Assembly: GCA_964187785.1 (NCBI GenBank)
Contig: OZ076409.1
Coordinates: 27,900,001 to 27,964,000, forward strand
Length of the DNA: 64,000 bases
Origin: Amphiscolops sp. MND2022
Taxonomy: Eukaryota
Direction of reading: 5' to 3'
Part shown: positions 51,082 to 63,276 of the stretch, piece by piece
Layout of the letters: each line of letters begins with the position of its first letter
Numbering within the stretch: position 1 is the first letter of the stretch
Notes under the pieces: model-generated
What the model saw: only the letters and a program-made list of their open reading frames with translations
Databases searched by the model: none
What the model was told of the DNA's origin: nothing
Program-made: the position numbers and the translations under genes

Positions 51082-52019
51082 ATTTTCCGCCCATATTTCA
51101 TATGGGAAAGGAAAATATTTAAATCAAACGGGTTTTTTTTACAAAATTTGCCAAGAATTATTGTTTACGTAATATGAAGAAGTTCATTCACAGAATTCAA
51201 CTGACATAAATTTAGTTCCATGCGATATGTATTTGTAAAGATTTTTGGACTTTTTTGGGAATGACGGAAAAGACCCCATAATGACCCGAAAATGACAAAA
51301 ATTCAAAACATTCCCAATTTTCACCGTTTTCATGCATTTTTTGCCATTTTTTCGATAAACATCGTCGATTAGAAAGTTTAAAACGTTCAACAAGGCACGA
51401 ATTTGTTGTCCAATAGTATTCTGAAGAGATAAATGCGGTTTTTTAAAAGGAAAATTACCAAAAAAATGACAAAAAATCCAAAATTTTTTGACTTTTAACG
51501 TTTTAATGCAATTTTTGTCATTTTTTCGATAAACATCGTGGATTAGAATGTTGAAAACGTTCAACAAGGCACGAATTCGTTGTCCAATAGTATTCTGAAG
51601 AGATAAATGCGGTTTTTTAAAAGAAAAATTACCAAAAAAATGATTAAAAAATTCCAAAATTTTTCGATTTTTAACGTTTTTATGCAATTTTTGTCAAATT
51701 TTCGATAGACTTCGTGGATTAGAAAGTTGAAAACGCTTAACGTGACAGGAATGGCAGGAATTCGTTGTCCAGTATGCTTTTCCGAAGAAATAATGACTGT
51801 TTTCTAAATGAAAAATATATCAAATTGAAACCGAAAATGACAAAAAACCCAAAATTTTCCAATTTTCAAAGTTTTTAATGCAATTTTTGTCAAATTTTCG
51901 ACAGACTTCGTAGATTGGAATGTTGAAAAGAGTCAACAAGGAACAAATTTGTTGTCCAGTAGTCTTTTTCGAAGAGATTAGGGGCGGAAAATATCCCGCT
52001 GGTCCGCGGGCGTCTTGTT
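51082..52019 (+). mobile_element. Helentron/HINE-like non-autonomous element with ~175-bp internal tandem repeats, inserted in gag of element B
   Basis: 12-bp inverted repeat TATTTTCCGCCC (51081) / GGGCGGAAAATA (51982), then hairpin CCCGC-TGGTCC-GCGGG and terminal CTTGTT; repeat marker at 51351, 51525, 51701 and 51897; removal restores gag LVKQ-GW. Confidence 0.65.
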
Positions 52020-53105
52020 TGACAAGAGTTTTGACTTTTAAAGCAAAGTGACGGACGTTTTTATTATCCTCTTTGACAAGTGAGAGAGCTTCAATTTGAG
52101 CATGGTAAGCATGTTTCTGAGAATACAATTGTTTATTGAATATTTGCAGAAAAGAGGACCAGTTAGATTGGTAGACTTATGGTTAGCAGTCAGACCAATT
52201 TGAGGCAGTACCAGTCAGTGAGCAATACAAGAGTGACATAGGTCGAGAGCGCCATGTTAAATATGATTGTTGGTCAAGTGGTTGAGGACCTAATTGAAAA
52301 GTGACCCGAGCACTTAAATGGGCGAGAAGTTTTTCAGGGGGGTTTGTATGGTTGGGACCATCAAAAAGTTAAATTGGATCAAAAACTGCAGCAAAAGGAA
52401 ATTAAGGAGTAGGTTGTTGTATTGGAAAACGTGTTTGAGGTAGTGAGTGAGAAGGAGGTAAATTTGGGGGTTGAGGATAAGATATGGGAGGCAGACTTGA
52501 ATTATTAGGTGAAGGTTTAAAAACACTGGAAAGAGCAAGTTGTAGAGTTGGATTCGGATTGTATGAATATGTGGGCAGATGTGGATTTTGAAAAGAATAA
52601 AAATGGTAAGGGTTTGATGAAATTGCGGGATTATTATATGTGCTATAGTTTTGGAGTTGTGAGAATGGTAAAGGAGGTGGTTGGTTAAAATGTTGTGTGT
52701 GAGGGCTAGAATGTATAGGTTGAGTGGTAATAATTTTATGTTGTAGAAAGTGATTGAGTATTTGAAGTGTATGTGTTAAAAGATGGCGGATTAAAACATT
52801 ATGTTTGTTGTTGAAAAGTAAGTGGGTTTGTAAAAACAGTGAGAGACGTGGGATTATGAGTAATGTGTGCGGTGAGATATAAACGGTGAATTAGTGGTGT
52901 GTGGAACATACTGGGAGGTTGATGGATTACGTGGTGAGTTAATGGTAAAAAGCTGAGATGTGGAAGGGTTATTATTAAGTTGTTGGTTATTATTATTTAG
53001 AGGTGGGTTTAAAATTGAATTTGGTAATGAATTAGGACCATTATTGTGTGTGGGAACTGGAATTTTATTAAAAGGAGAGTCTAGATTAAAAAGATTTGAA
53101 GTCAT
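52020..53105 (-). pseudogene. gag region of element B
   Basis: YSQKHAYHAQIEALSLVKEDNKNVRHFALKVKTLVKQ; continues after the insertion as GLPKKLKVFA (50872-51066); the upstream part is N/P/S-rich. Confidence 0.7.
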
Positions 53106-53515
53106 GTTTGTGATAGTGGTATAAGGTCGTTTTACTGAAGGAAGAAGAGAAGTTTTTGGATAGACATTTGATCATAAATAATCATATTTATATAATCTTT
53201 AGGGGTTTCGGTTAAATATAAATGTTGAGAATGTTCATTTTCATCATTTGACATAAATGGCAAAAACTAATCATTTGCGAAATAGTTATGAAAGTTGATA
53301 AATGCGTTTTGGTCCTGATCATTCCACATTAATTGATAGTTATATCGGATAATTTTCTGAGGAAGAGAGAATAGATACGGATTTGAGGAATGGTTTGATC
53401 ATTTAGAGTGATATTCTGAAAGAATTGGTATTGAAATTGTTTGAGTTGAAGTAAATCTGTTTCAAGCCAATGATGAGGGCTATTTTCAATTGTACTAAGT
53501 TTGTTCTAAATTGTA

Positions 53516-54563
53516 CTAGAACTGTTCTAAATTGGCATCTTCAAAATAAGAGTCCATACCATGTAAAGCATGAATGGCAGAGTGTACGAAAATAGGTTGG
53601 TCTGTAAGGTTATTTAATTCTTCGAGTTTACTGAAAAAAACTTGAGAGATTGGAATAAAAACAATTGATGGATGAAATTGTTTATTGTATACATGTTGAA
53701 GGGTATTGGAAATAATTGAAAATGGAATAATTTTCGCATTTTCGGTGAATGAATGGGTTTCAATATAAAAAAGATATGAGTCATGATGTTGTCGAATTAG
53801 AGGAGCAGTATAAATAGATTCAGGGTATGATTCAAATGATAGCGGTGTGATAATAATATATCGGAGATTGTCAATGAATGTAGTGATAGATTCTCTGTTT
53901 CGTCTTGTGATGGTAGAATTAGGGTCTAGTGCAAAAGGAACGGGGAGGTTCATTTGGAGAGACGTTTGGAGAAACATTTTCAAAATGTATCAGGAATGGC
54001 CTAATTTTGTCTTTTGAAACAAAAAGAATACAATGTGACAAGGAGGGAAAAAATTGGCAAATTGTTGTTCGAGTTCAGGAGGATTTTCGTTATGAACGTT
54101 TCGTGGTATTTGAGGTCTTGGTAATATTGGAGGAGCAAAAGCAGGAATGGAAGGTGTGTAAGAGGTTGATTAATGATTTGGTTTTTATCATAAAAAGTGT
54201 TCATGTAATTTTTAGGTATTTTTGTAAGAGTTGTGGTAAAACTTTTATAAGAGCGTTTGTTAATTTGGAGGTAGGCGTGAATATTTGGTGTTTAGGGAGT
54301 AGTGGTTAATTATAAAAGTGAACTGTTAAATTGGAAAGGTGTGATTTGTTACTGAAAGTTAGAGTTAGATTTAAAATGGAATGAAATATTTTTTTGAGAA
54401 GTACGATCCAGAAAATAATTTTCCACACTTTAAAATTGCTTGACTGTGAGAATGACTTTTTCAGCAAGCAAGATAAAAAATACAAGCATTGCAAAAAGAT
54501 ATGTTGTGAACAAAAGTATGTTGACAAAATGTTCTGAAAAAAACATTGTAGATGGAGATTCAA
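53516..54563 (-). pseudogene. Extra ORF remnant upstream of gag in element B
   Basis: ORF fragments 54306-54563, 54001-54204 and 53516-53983 share the strand and compositional skew of element B; no domain recognised. Confidence 0.4.
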
Positions 54564-54625
54564 ACAGTTAGAGATAAAGGTGCACCGACGGTTTGTCGAA
54601 TCAAAGATTAGTGCAGATATTGGGT

Positions 54626-54801
54626 TGTACCGTTAAAATAGACCAAGGAAGAGATATGTTGAATTAAAGTCGAATGATTAGATTGTAGCAAAGTTAATAC
54701 GTAGTATGTAACATTAAAGTTCTAGAGTTCTTCACAAAGACTGTGGCAGGTATTTCCGAACTTAATTGTGTCACTTGTGACCTCTTCAACTCTTCACTAC
54801 A
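54626..54801 (-). repeat. 3' LTR of element C
   Basis: TG...CA termini; direct repeat of 60340-60502; adjacent PPT at 54802-54812. Confidence 0.9.
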
Positions 54802-55886
54802 CTCCCCCTTCCACAAGGTTCAAGGGAACCATTCTTGACTCTGTGTATGGGAGTCGCTGGCTCTGGAAGTCGATGCCCTGTCACAAGGGTTGTCCTTCTT
54901 TAGTCTGGGAAATGGTGTGGAGAGGAACGTTGCAAGAGGGCTCTGGATGGTTTCTAAACGAGCAATTGGTTAAAAATATTATATTCCACCCATTTTCTCT
55001 GTACTCTTGGCACCCCTAATCCTACTAGACCTGCGAGGGCTTACTGCCAACTTGAAGCTCACTTTTTTTATCTTTTTCAATTTGACTCGTTGTTTTACCA
55101 TTACCGTTATCCTTCTCCCGCTCCGCTTCTCCGTTAGTGGTATTAGTCGAGCGGATGGGAGTCGAGTCTCGGTCCTGTGTGGTCGGCATCTGCCGTGCGG
55201 TGGAGCTAGTGCTACATCCGATGGAGGTCGTCGGGAGTGGCGTCTCCTCTACGGCTGTCTGACCGGTCGCGGCCGTTGTCCCTTCGGATTCATGGGGCTC
55301 TTCCCCATCTTGAGTTGTTTCCTCCGCGTGCGGCACTGTTTGCGACTCTTGTTCCTCCTCATCGGTGCTGTCGGGTATTTCTTCGTCCTGTACGGGCTCT
55401 TCATGTGGCATTGGGAGAAGAGTGTGGCTGTGGTGTGCTTCTTGCGGTTTGTCTCGTATGCCGAACACTCTTTCATGTGTTTCGCAGTAGCTCCCTTGGC
55501 TAAACATCCCACAGCGTTGGCATCTGTTGGTCGGTCTCCTTGGCTCGTCGGGTCTTCTAGGTGACTTAAATTTTAATGGAATAGACGCCAATTTTTTATG
55601 TATTATTCTACCTTCAGACGTGGTTATAGTGTGGTCAGACTCTCTAATTGCCGTTAGCATCTTATTAGTTTTAAAGTTACATTTCATTGCACTTGGTTTG
55701 TTTTCTTTTTCAAAAAACTGGTACTGTTTAAAGTCCGGTCTTACCGAACGGCTCTTTTCTGGGTATCGTTGAGTATCAAGTAATCCGCCATCTCTCCCTC
55801 AGAATCATTGATTGTGAACACCTGTAGTTCGGTTGGTTGAGCTGAAATATAATTCGTTAAGGTCTTTTTCCAATTGGATAATAACA

Positions 55887-56608
55887 TTATGATTGTGCAA
55901 TTAGATTGGTTATTGCAGTGCGTGGTTTCCTTCCGTAATGCATTTGAAATGGATTCATTTTCAATTTGGTATGTGGAGTTTGTCTAAGCGTCCTAATGGC
56001 TAAGTGGACGCTATCTTCAAAGGTTAATCCGTCTGTCATGTTTGATCGAGAAAGTGACCTAATTGACCGTATAGTTCTTTCCACTTGACCGGTTCCGGTA
56101 TGTAAGTTCGGTGTGCATCTAATGCGTTCTATCTTCTCTCTATTACAAAATTCTTTAAATTCGGTACTTTTAAAACAACTTCCGTTGTCGGTGCGGATGC
56201 TACGCGGAGTTCCGTTGTCGGAAAAAAACTGGTTGAAAACTTTAAAACTGTCTGTGTGTCGGTGTTTTTACAAATTTGCGCGGCAGGCCATTTACTAAAT
56301 CGGTCGACGGCGACTAAAATATATACATTGCCGCGTGTCTTGGATTTGATTGGACCCGCAAAGTCCAATTGGGTTTCTTGATTCGGTTCGGATAAAATAT
56401 CTAAGTTCTTTTTTTCCGTTGACGGTAGCTGAGTTTTCAAATTCTTACCTGATGCCCTACAGCTTGGACAGTTTTCGGACTTTTCGCGGAATTCTCGGTG
56501 TAGTCCTGGCCACCAGAATGCTTCTGCCGACTGGTTCATCTTGGCGGTTGACGGATGGCCGTGATGGAGCATTGCGATTATAGTGGTCCTCATTGCCTCT
56601 GGTACCAC
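55887..56608 (-). pseudogene. Integrase of element C
   Basis: LHHGHP...WWPGL...CPSC, QLDFAGP, VAVDRFSKWP, then ERTIRSI after frameshifts. Confidence 0.9.
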
Positions 56609-57316
56609 TATCTTGTTGTTGTAAAATAGCAGTCCAAATCTGGTCGTTAGGTGATCACGATGTGGGCGGTACGGGTAGAAGATATTCTTTAATTGTTCTT
56701 TTTCAATGGCTGCAATTGCGTTTAAAATCTTTTCGTCTCTGGCCGTTTTTCTACAAGCATTGGAAGGTCCAGAGCAAAGTCCTTTTCAGCTTTCTTTATA
56801 GTCTCCGACGTTCGGTCTTTGTGTTCCGTCTCCATTGCGTTGAACTTGACCGTTTGTTTGAGGCGAATAAGGTTCACTGTTTCGTGCTTTTTGAATTTCT
56901 TGAGGGCGCTTACGGGTCACTTCTCTTGTTTGACATTGTTTCTCTGGTTTCCTACGTCCTGAAAGTTGTTGTTGAGCCAAGATTCATGATTATGTTGTTG
57001 ATATTCTCTAAGTGGTGTTGTCCCGAGTGTCTCGCATTAATGGAAGAACTTGTTGTAGATTTGTATGTTCAGCTCTACAATTCTTTTGCGGCCCTGTTGT
57101 GTCGGTCGATATTCATGCAACCTTTCATTGTCTTTCCCTCTTCCGATAATTCGGGTTTTCTCGGGCTTAAGGATTTGTTTTCTTTCAATCCAGAATCGGA
57201 GTGTCTCTGGGAATGGCCTCGCTTCTTGTGGATAAAATGCATGTCTATGCCGCTAACTCGATCCATTGTAACATCTTGCGGTAGACAATCCGTTTTTGAG
57301 AATTTATCTGGTAGTT

Positions 57317-60194
57317 TCAAATGTAAACTGTTCGATGGCGTTGAGGCTTCAAGCAAATGAACTTTTCACTGCGTTCGTGTTTACGCGTGCTGAGTTGTGA
57401 TTGGTCCGTTTTATTTCTCGGCCTGTTTCGTTCCGCGAACTCTTTTATGCTACCGTTTGCTTGAATGAAATCAAATAAGCCGTGTATTTGATTTATTACG
57501 AACTCTTCTTCCGCCTCCGTTTCTCGCCGTTCGGTTTCCGTTTCGTTCTCCGCGGTGTTTGCGATCGGATGTCGGCTGAAGTAATCCGTGAGCGGAATGT
57601 TTTTACCGGACGTGTATTGTAAGTTTACATCAAAATGGCTCAACCTATCTAACCACCGTGTTAGCCTGGCGCTATATTGTTTATGTGCTCTATTTCTTTT
57701 TAGCAATGGTTGTAATGCTCGATGATCCGTTAAAAGGTTTACCTTTTTTCCGTAAACGTAATACCTGAAATGTTCTAATCCCCATAACGCCCCTAGTAAT
57801 TCTAGTTCGTTTATGGCGTATTTTCTCTCACAATCGGTTAAAAATCTACTAGCAAACGCAAAAGGTCGAAATACTTCACCTTCCTTTTGCCACAGTAATT
57901 CACCCAATCCAGTATTGCAAGCGTCCGTTGTCACGTAGTTGTCTTTTTTCGGGTCGAAATGGGCCAAGCATGGTGCTTCTGTTATGTCCTTCTTCAGGTT
58001 CTCGAAGTCTTCATTTATCTCGTGTGTCCATTCCCATCGGGTTTCTTCTTTCAGCAGTCTTCTCTTCCTGTCGGTCTTCTTGAAGAGATTATCTATAAAT
58101 TTTGATAAGTGTTGTATCGAGCCCAGGAAAGATTTCAATTCTTTTGCGTTCTTTGGGGCTTCCAATTTTGTTATCGCCTCTGTTTTACCCTTTATTGGTT
58201 TGACTCCACTTTGATTTATTTGATATCCCAGCCATGTTAACTCTTGTTTGAAAAGTTCGGTTTTCTTTTCGCTTGCTCTATATCCGGCGTTTTGTAATTT
58301 GCTGAGTACTTTCCGTAGTTCTTTTTCACGTTCATCAAATGTCCCGTTGGTTACGCAGATAATGTCATCCAGCACCACTGGCGTTTTGAATTCCAGGACT
58401 TTGTCAATTTGTTCTTGGAATACGGTAGGTATGTCCGATAGTCCGCGTAGAATCCCTTCTTGAACCTGTAGTGACCGGTGAAGTCAGCGCCGATTATTGA
58501 AAATACGCAGTGTCTGGCTGCTTCTCTGGATAATTTTGCTTGCTCGTATGCATAGTCCAGGTCAATTTTCGACATCCATATTTCGCCGTTGCTTTTCGTG
58601 ATTTCGGCTGATATTTTGCTGATAAGTTCTTCCATATTTGGCATTGCCGCCTTTCTTTCCACACATGCTTCAATTAGTTTTCTCGAATCTAGTGCTATTT
58701 TCACTGATTTGTCATTCTTCATTGTTATGACTGCAGGTGAGATAAAGCAATTTTCAGTTGTTTTTTCTGCTTTCTCCAGGTGTCCAGCTTTTATCAATTT
58801 TTCGAGATCTTGTTTGACGGTTTTTTGAAAATGGATTGGTAATGGTCGTCTTTTTTGTTTTATCGGCTTCGAATCTGGTTTCAAGTTGAAATCGAATGTC
58901 AGATCTTTAATTGTGTGGTTGTTTTTGAATAGATCTTCGTATTCGTTGACAATTTTTTCGCGTCTTTCATCGTTTTCGACGTTTCGAATAATATTTGTTT
59001 TGTTGTTACCTTGTAGACCGATTTCCAGCGTGTCTAGCCAGTCTACACCGAGCAATCGTTGCGTATTTTCATTTTCGGTGACCAGGATGGATAATGTCAT
59101 TTTGCATTTCTCCGTCTTCATTTCAACTGTTGCTTCGCCTTTGAATCTGATTGGGTTTTTATTTACATCTACAAAGCATTTTGTGGTCTTCCGCATTTCC
59201 AGTGAGTTGATAATTGGAGGTATTATCGTGACGGGAGATCCTGTGTCGATAATGAATTCTATTGGTTGGCCTTGGACCAATAGGATCGGTTCATGAAAGT
59301 CGACTCGGTTGATACCGTTGACCGATTGGATATGGTCTATTTCTGGCCCTGATTCGGTTCGGCTGTCCGATGTTTGCATTTCGTTTATCCGACTCACGGT
59401 TTTAGATTTGCACACTTTGGCAAAGTGTCCCATCTTCTTGCAATTATTACATTGTGCTTTCCGTGCCGGACAAATAGGCTCCAATGACCAGTTAGGTTTA
59501 CCGCAGAAATGGCAGTTACGGTTGGATATTTTGTTCTTGCCGTTGTCGGTAGTTTTTCGTACCCGTGCTGGGCGTGTGTATGCAAATTGTTCTCCACTGG
59601 ATGAGCTGTCGGATGGTGGTGTCCGGTGTTTCTTGTTGGGTTTCTTATCTCCGTACTTGCGGTTGTAATTGTCTTGTTCGATGGTTTCGAGTACTGTCTG
59701 TAATTTCAACGGTCCTTTTAATAATTTGTCTTGTGCTTTTTTATCGTTAATTGTTGCTGCAATTTTGTACGTTATGATCTCTTGCGGTGTTATTCTGTTG
59801 AATTCACACTTTTTTTCAATGTCAACTAGACGTTTCCAATATTCATCCAGGGTTTCGTTATCGTCTTGTTTAATGTTGAAAAATTGTGCGCGACTGTGGA
59901 ATACATTTCTGGCTGGTGTAAATGTCTTCTTGAAAAGTTTCAGTAGTTCTTGGAGGTCAACGTCTTTTAGTTCTCTGCCCATTGGCCTCTCATGATTTCA
60001 TGTTTGGCTGTTGGGCCTAATGCCCAGATTACATCCCCCTTGATGTGGAATGCGGTGTGTTGATCCATCTGATCGGCGCCTTGTTCCATGATATCGTCGA
60101 GGTTGCGGTTGTATGTGAGATGTATGTACTCGGATATCTGTCCCCACCACATGCGTGGGTTTGTTTTGGACAAATCAGTCTCTCTATCCGACAA
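57317..60194 (-). pseudogene. gag-PR-RT-RNase H polyprotein of element C, broken by two small frameshifts
   Basis: CHFCGKPNWSLEPIC and CNNCKKMGHFAKVC knuckles; IIDTGSP; LDDII; TTDACNTGLG; NELELLG; TDHRAL. A 1-bp loss near 59980 and a 2-bp insertion near 58444 join the three ORFs. Confidence 0.93.
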
Positions 60195-60339
60195 GATTGG
60201 GATTTGTATTTATTCTTTTCCGCTTTATCCGCGGTTGTCTGGTTCATCATTGACTGATTCATGGTGTTCTGTTCGGGCTGCGCCGATGATTTCGGGTCCA
60301 GTTGTTCAGGTTGGTTGTCCATTTAAATTGCTGACCACG

Positions 60340-60502
60340 CCGTAAAATAGACTAAGAAAGAGATGAGTTGAATTAAAATCGAATGACTAGATTGTAGCAA
60401 AGTTAATACGTAGTATGTAACATCAAAGTTCTAGAGTTCTTCACTAAGATTGTGGCAGGTACTTCTGAACTTAATTGTGTCACTTTTGACCTCTTCACTA
60501 CA
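60340..60502 (-). repeat. 5' LTR of element C
   Basis: Direct repeat of 54630-54801; followed on the minus strand by CG-TGGTCAGC rather than a clean CA-TGG. Confidence 0.85.
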
Positions 60503-61278
60503 ACCGTCATTTGTCCAACCGTTCTTTTCGGTTAGTACAGAAGATATATTGTATCGACGCAAGGTCAAACCAACTGAGGTTAATTCAGCAGGAAAAATGT
60601 ACCGACACGTAGTCGAACTCATGAAAGTTAGTACAGAATAATTACAGGGTCTACTGACAAATTTGTCGTGTCAACATTTTTGACTAGTAGTGAAGTTGGA
60701 CATAGGTATTTTGAAACTTCGACGATTGAGACAAAATGAAGATTTTATGTAGAAATTAATTCTGAAGAAAGTTTGTTATGAAGGTATTGTTTTCTTTTCT
60801 ACTTCGACGGGGTTTTGGAAAATAGAAAATGAAGGAAAAAACGAGAGAAAGGGAACGGCCGGAGAGAAACAGAAAAGGAAAGATTTTCGAGTTGGTCGCA
60901 CCAGTTGAAATATTTTATATTTGATGTTTGTTTTATCTAATTTTATCAAGATACTTCAAGATGATTTTAGGTTACCAACTAGAGAGTCACAGTTGCAGTT
61001 GACAATCTAGACAAAACTCTTTCGGGGGAATCTTTTTCGCTAAATCGAGTTGAATAAATCAAAGTTGGTTTATAGTAATCGACATAATATATGGTTACAA
61101 ATGACTATACGATTACACAGAATTTGGGTACTTCAAAGTTTACATCAAATATATAAAGGAAGTTACATAAGGTACATCAATTAAATAAAGGATGTTAAAA
61201 CGGGTTGACATATAATTGACAGATACCTAAATTGAGTTAGCTTTTATGTCAAGGGGTGAGAGATTAAGAATAGGTATC

Positions 61279-61558
61279 TCAATTGTGACGAGGAGGAGTT
61301 CCCAGCACAAACACTTTATCAGTTCTGTTTTTCAAAGCGTTAGCAAGGTCACTAATTTTGTCGGCAACCTCTTCCAAACTAACGTTAGAGCGTGATTTAC
61401 CGTGGAAAAGATCGTTTCTCCCAACGACAAGTACTATAATATCAAGGGGTGGAATGAAATTGTAAATTGTAAACGTCGTGAACTTTCGCACCAGGCAAAG
61501 TTAAAATATTGAAGTTCGCGAAATCTAAATATTTCGCTTGCGAATCAGCAATCAAAAG
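61279..61558 (-). pseudogene. SGNH/GDSL-hydrolase-like remnant
   Basis: Removing a 7-bp duplication (AATTGTA x2, 61458-61471) gives LLIADSQAKY...LPGAKVHDVYNFIPPLDIIVLVVGRNDL...VFVLGTPPR (blocks I, II, III); block V not found. Confidence 0.65.
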
Positions 61559-62929
61559 TTATTCTTTAAATATTTGATAACGCATTTGGAACTCTCAATT
61601 TTGGATTCTGTGATACCTCATTGACTCGGCGAATCCGTTTAAGAGCACCAAAAAACTATCATACATTCTGTTAATCAAAATTACAAGTTTTTTCTTTTTA
61701 TTTTCTTTGTAATATTTTGGTACTGGAAGCTTATTTTCCGTCTTTTGGCACTCAATTTTGGCCAGGAAAAGAAAACATTGTTTGGTACCTTCGAATAATC
61801 TTTTTTCCGTATCTTTTCCCAGTATAACAATCCTATAAATAAAATCCAGTAATGGTAAATTTTGAGACCATAGCACGCTCGGTCATAAAAAACCTGCTTC
61901 TGAAAAATCAATCTATAACTTGGTTACTTTGCTCATAAAGTTCGAACAACTTGTCCAATTTTAAGAATTCTTGCTTCTAGTTTTTTCGAAGTTATTGATT
62001 GTTGTTCGTGTGTAATTATACATCCGTTCAACATGTACTTCCGAATAATATTCAATACAACATCAAATTTATACAATTTTGATTTGTTATATCTTTGGCT
62101 CAAACATTCTGATTAGATATCGGAGTTCCTTCAATTGTTAGATACTTTGAATGTTTGACCGAAAACCATAGGTATTTGATTTGAGTAATGATTAATTGGC
62201 GCCAACAGACATATCAATAAATATGGTCTCCCAACTTTACGCAAAGTTTTCTCCGAAAGAAGTAATTGCTGATCGTAAATAGGATTTTCCAAGAATGCAG
62301 AAAAAAGCAGAAATTTCTTTAGAGCACTAACCCGCATCAAACGCTTCCGGAATTGTAGACAACAGCAATTATCGAGTCAAACTAGCTAGCATGAAAAAGG
62401 TTTCAAATTTAAAAGTTTCCGGTACAAAGTAAACAAAGTATAAACTCGCTACCAAACTATAGATAAAGCTACCAAAATTTCTCGCAATTTTTGTCTAAAA
62501 AGTGAAAATCAGAACATTGACAATCTCCGATCTGGATTTGATCGTGGCTTTAAAAACAAAAAGAACTAGCATTTCTGCTATTCATCTGATTTCTATATAC
62601 ACTAGGGTGGCAAAAAGCTGAAAACACTTCATTTCAAATATCAAAACGCAATAATAGTCATTGTAGCAAAACCTTCTCAAATTTCGATCAAGATTACAGG
62701 GGTATTTTTTGTTTTGAACTCACACAAAAACTACGAAAGCTAATTTTTGAATTTGATATTTTTCGAAATTCATCATGCAATATCCCGAGAACCGCTGGTT
62801 GTAACAAATCGTTCAATGCGATCGGTCCACTTTTTGTGCATTATGCACTTTTACAATATGTACTTAGTACTTCATTTTCAACGCATCCAAAGCCTCTAAC
62901 ATGAGATGCAAAGCCATTCCAAAGCTTTT

Positions 62930-63276
62930 TTTTCGACACTATGAGACTTTCCCCTTTTTTTCGGCACTGTGAGACTGTTCAAATTTTTCAGTTTTTTCCG
63001 AAATTTTTTTATTGCTCAAAAGGGTCCCGCATCAATTTTTTGATATTTTGCAACAGAATGGATGTTCAAAAAATCCCAAAGGGTTCCCCCTTTTACATTT
63101 TTCGGCACTATGCGACTTACCGGATACTTCAAAAAAAATCAGAAAAAATAGGAAATTTTTTTTCTTCAATTTTTAGTTTTTTGAGAGCCTTTGTTGTCTC
63201 CAGTTGTAGAAAAAGTGGTTTTCGAGTCTTATTGAGCCTTATATATGGCGCTGACTTGGGCCGTTCCCGGCTTGTT
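62930..63276 (+). mobile_element. Second Helentron/HINE-like repeat fragment
   Basis: Repeated TTCG(G/A)CACT(A/G)TG motif; ends with hairpin GCCG-TTCC-CGGC and CTTGTT, the same terminal layout as 51082-52019; 5' end not defined. Confidence 0.5.

Larger units (their letters stand above)
41800..54563 (-). mobile_element. Strand-skewed Gypsy-like retroelement B (decayed; LTRs not identified)
   Basis: Minus-strand order: upstream ORF, gag, PR (LDSGAS), RT, RH, IN, low-complexity tail; the plus strand is strongly G/A-rich throughout; boundaries approximate. Confidence 0.85.
54626..60502 (-). mobile_element. Full-length Gypsy element C (Mag-like), 5.9 kb
   Basis: Short LTRs 54626-54801 and ~60340-60502 (about 92% identical, 8-bp indel); PPT GGAAGGGGGAG before TGTAGTG; gag with paired knuckles, PR, RT, RH, IN. 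Confidence 0.92.

Noticed and set aside
51184-51687. 167-aa and 124-aa (62941) ORFs
   Set aside because: Arise from AT-rich tandem or dispersed repeat sequence; K/F/N-rich translations typical of non-coding repeats.
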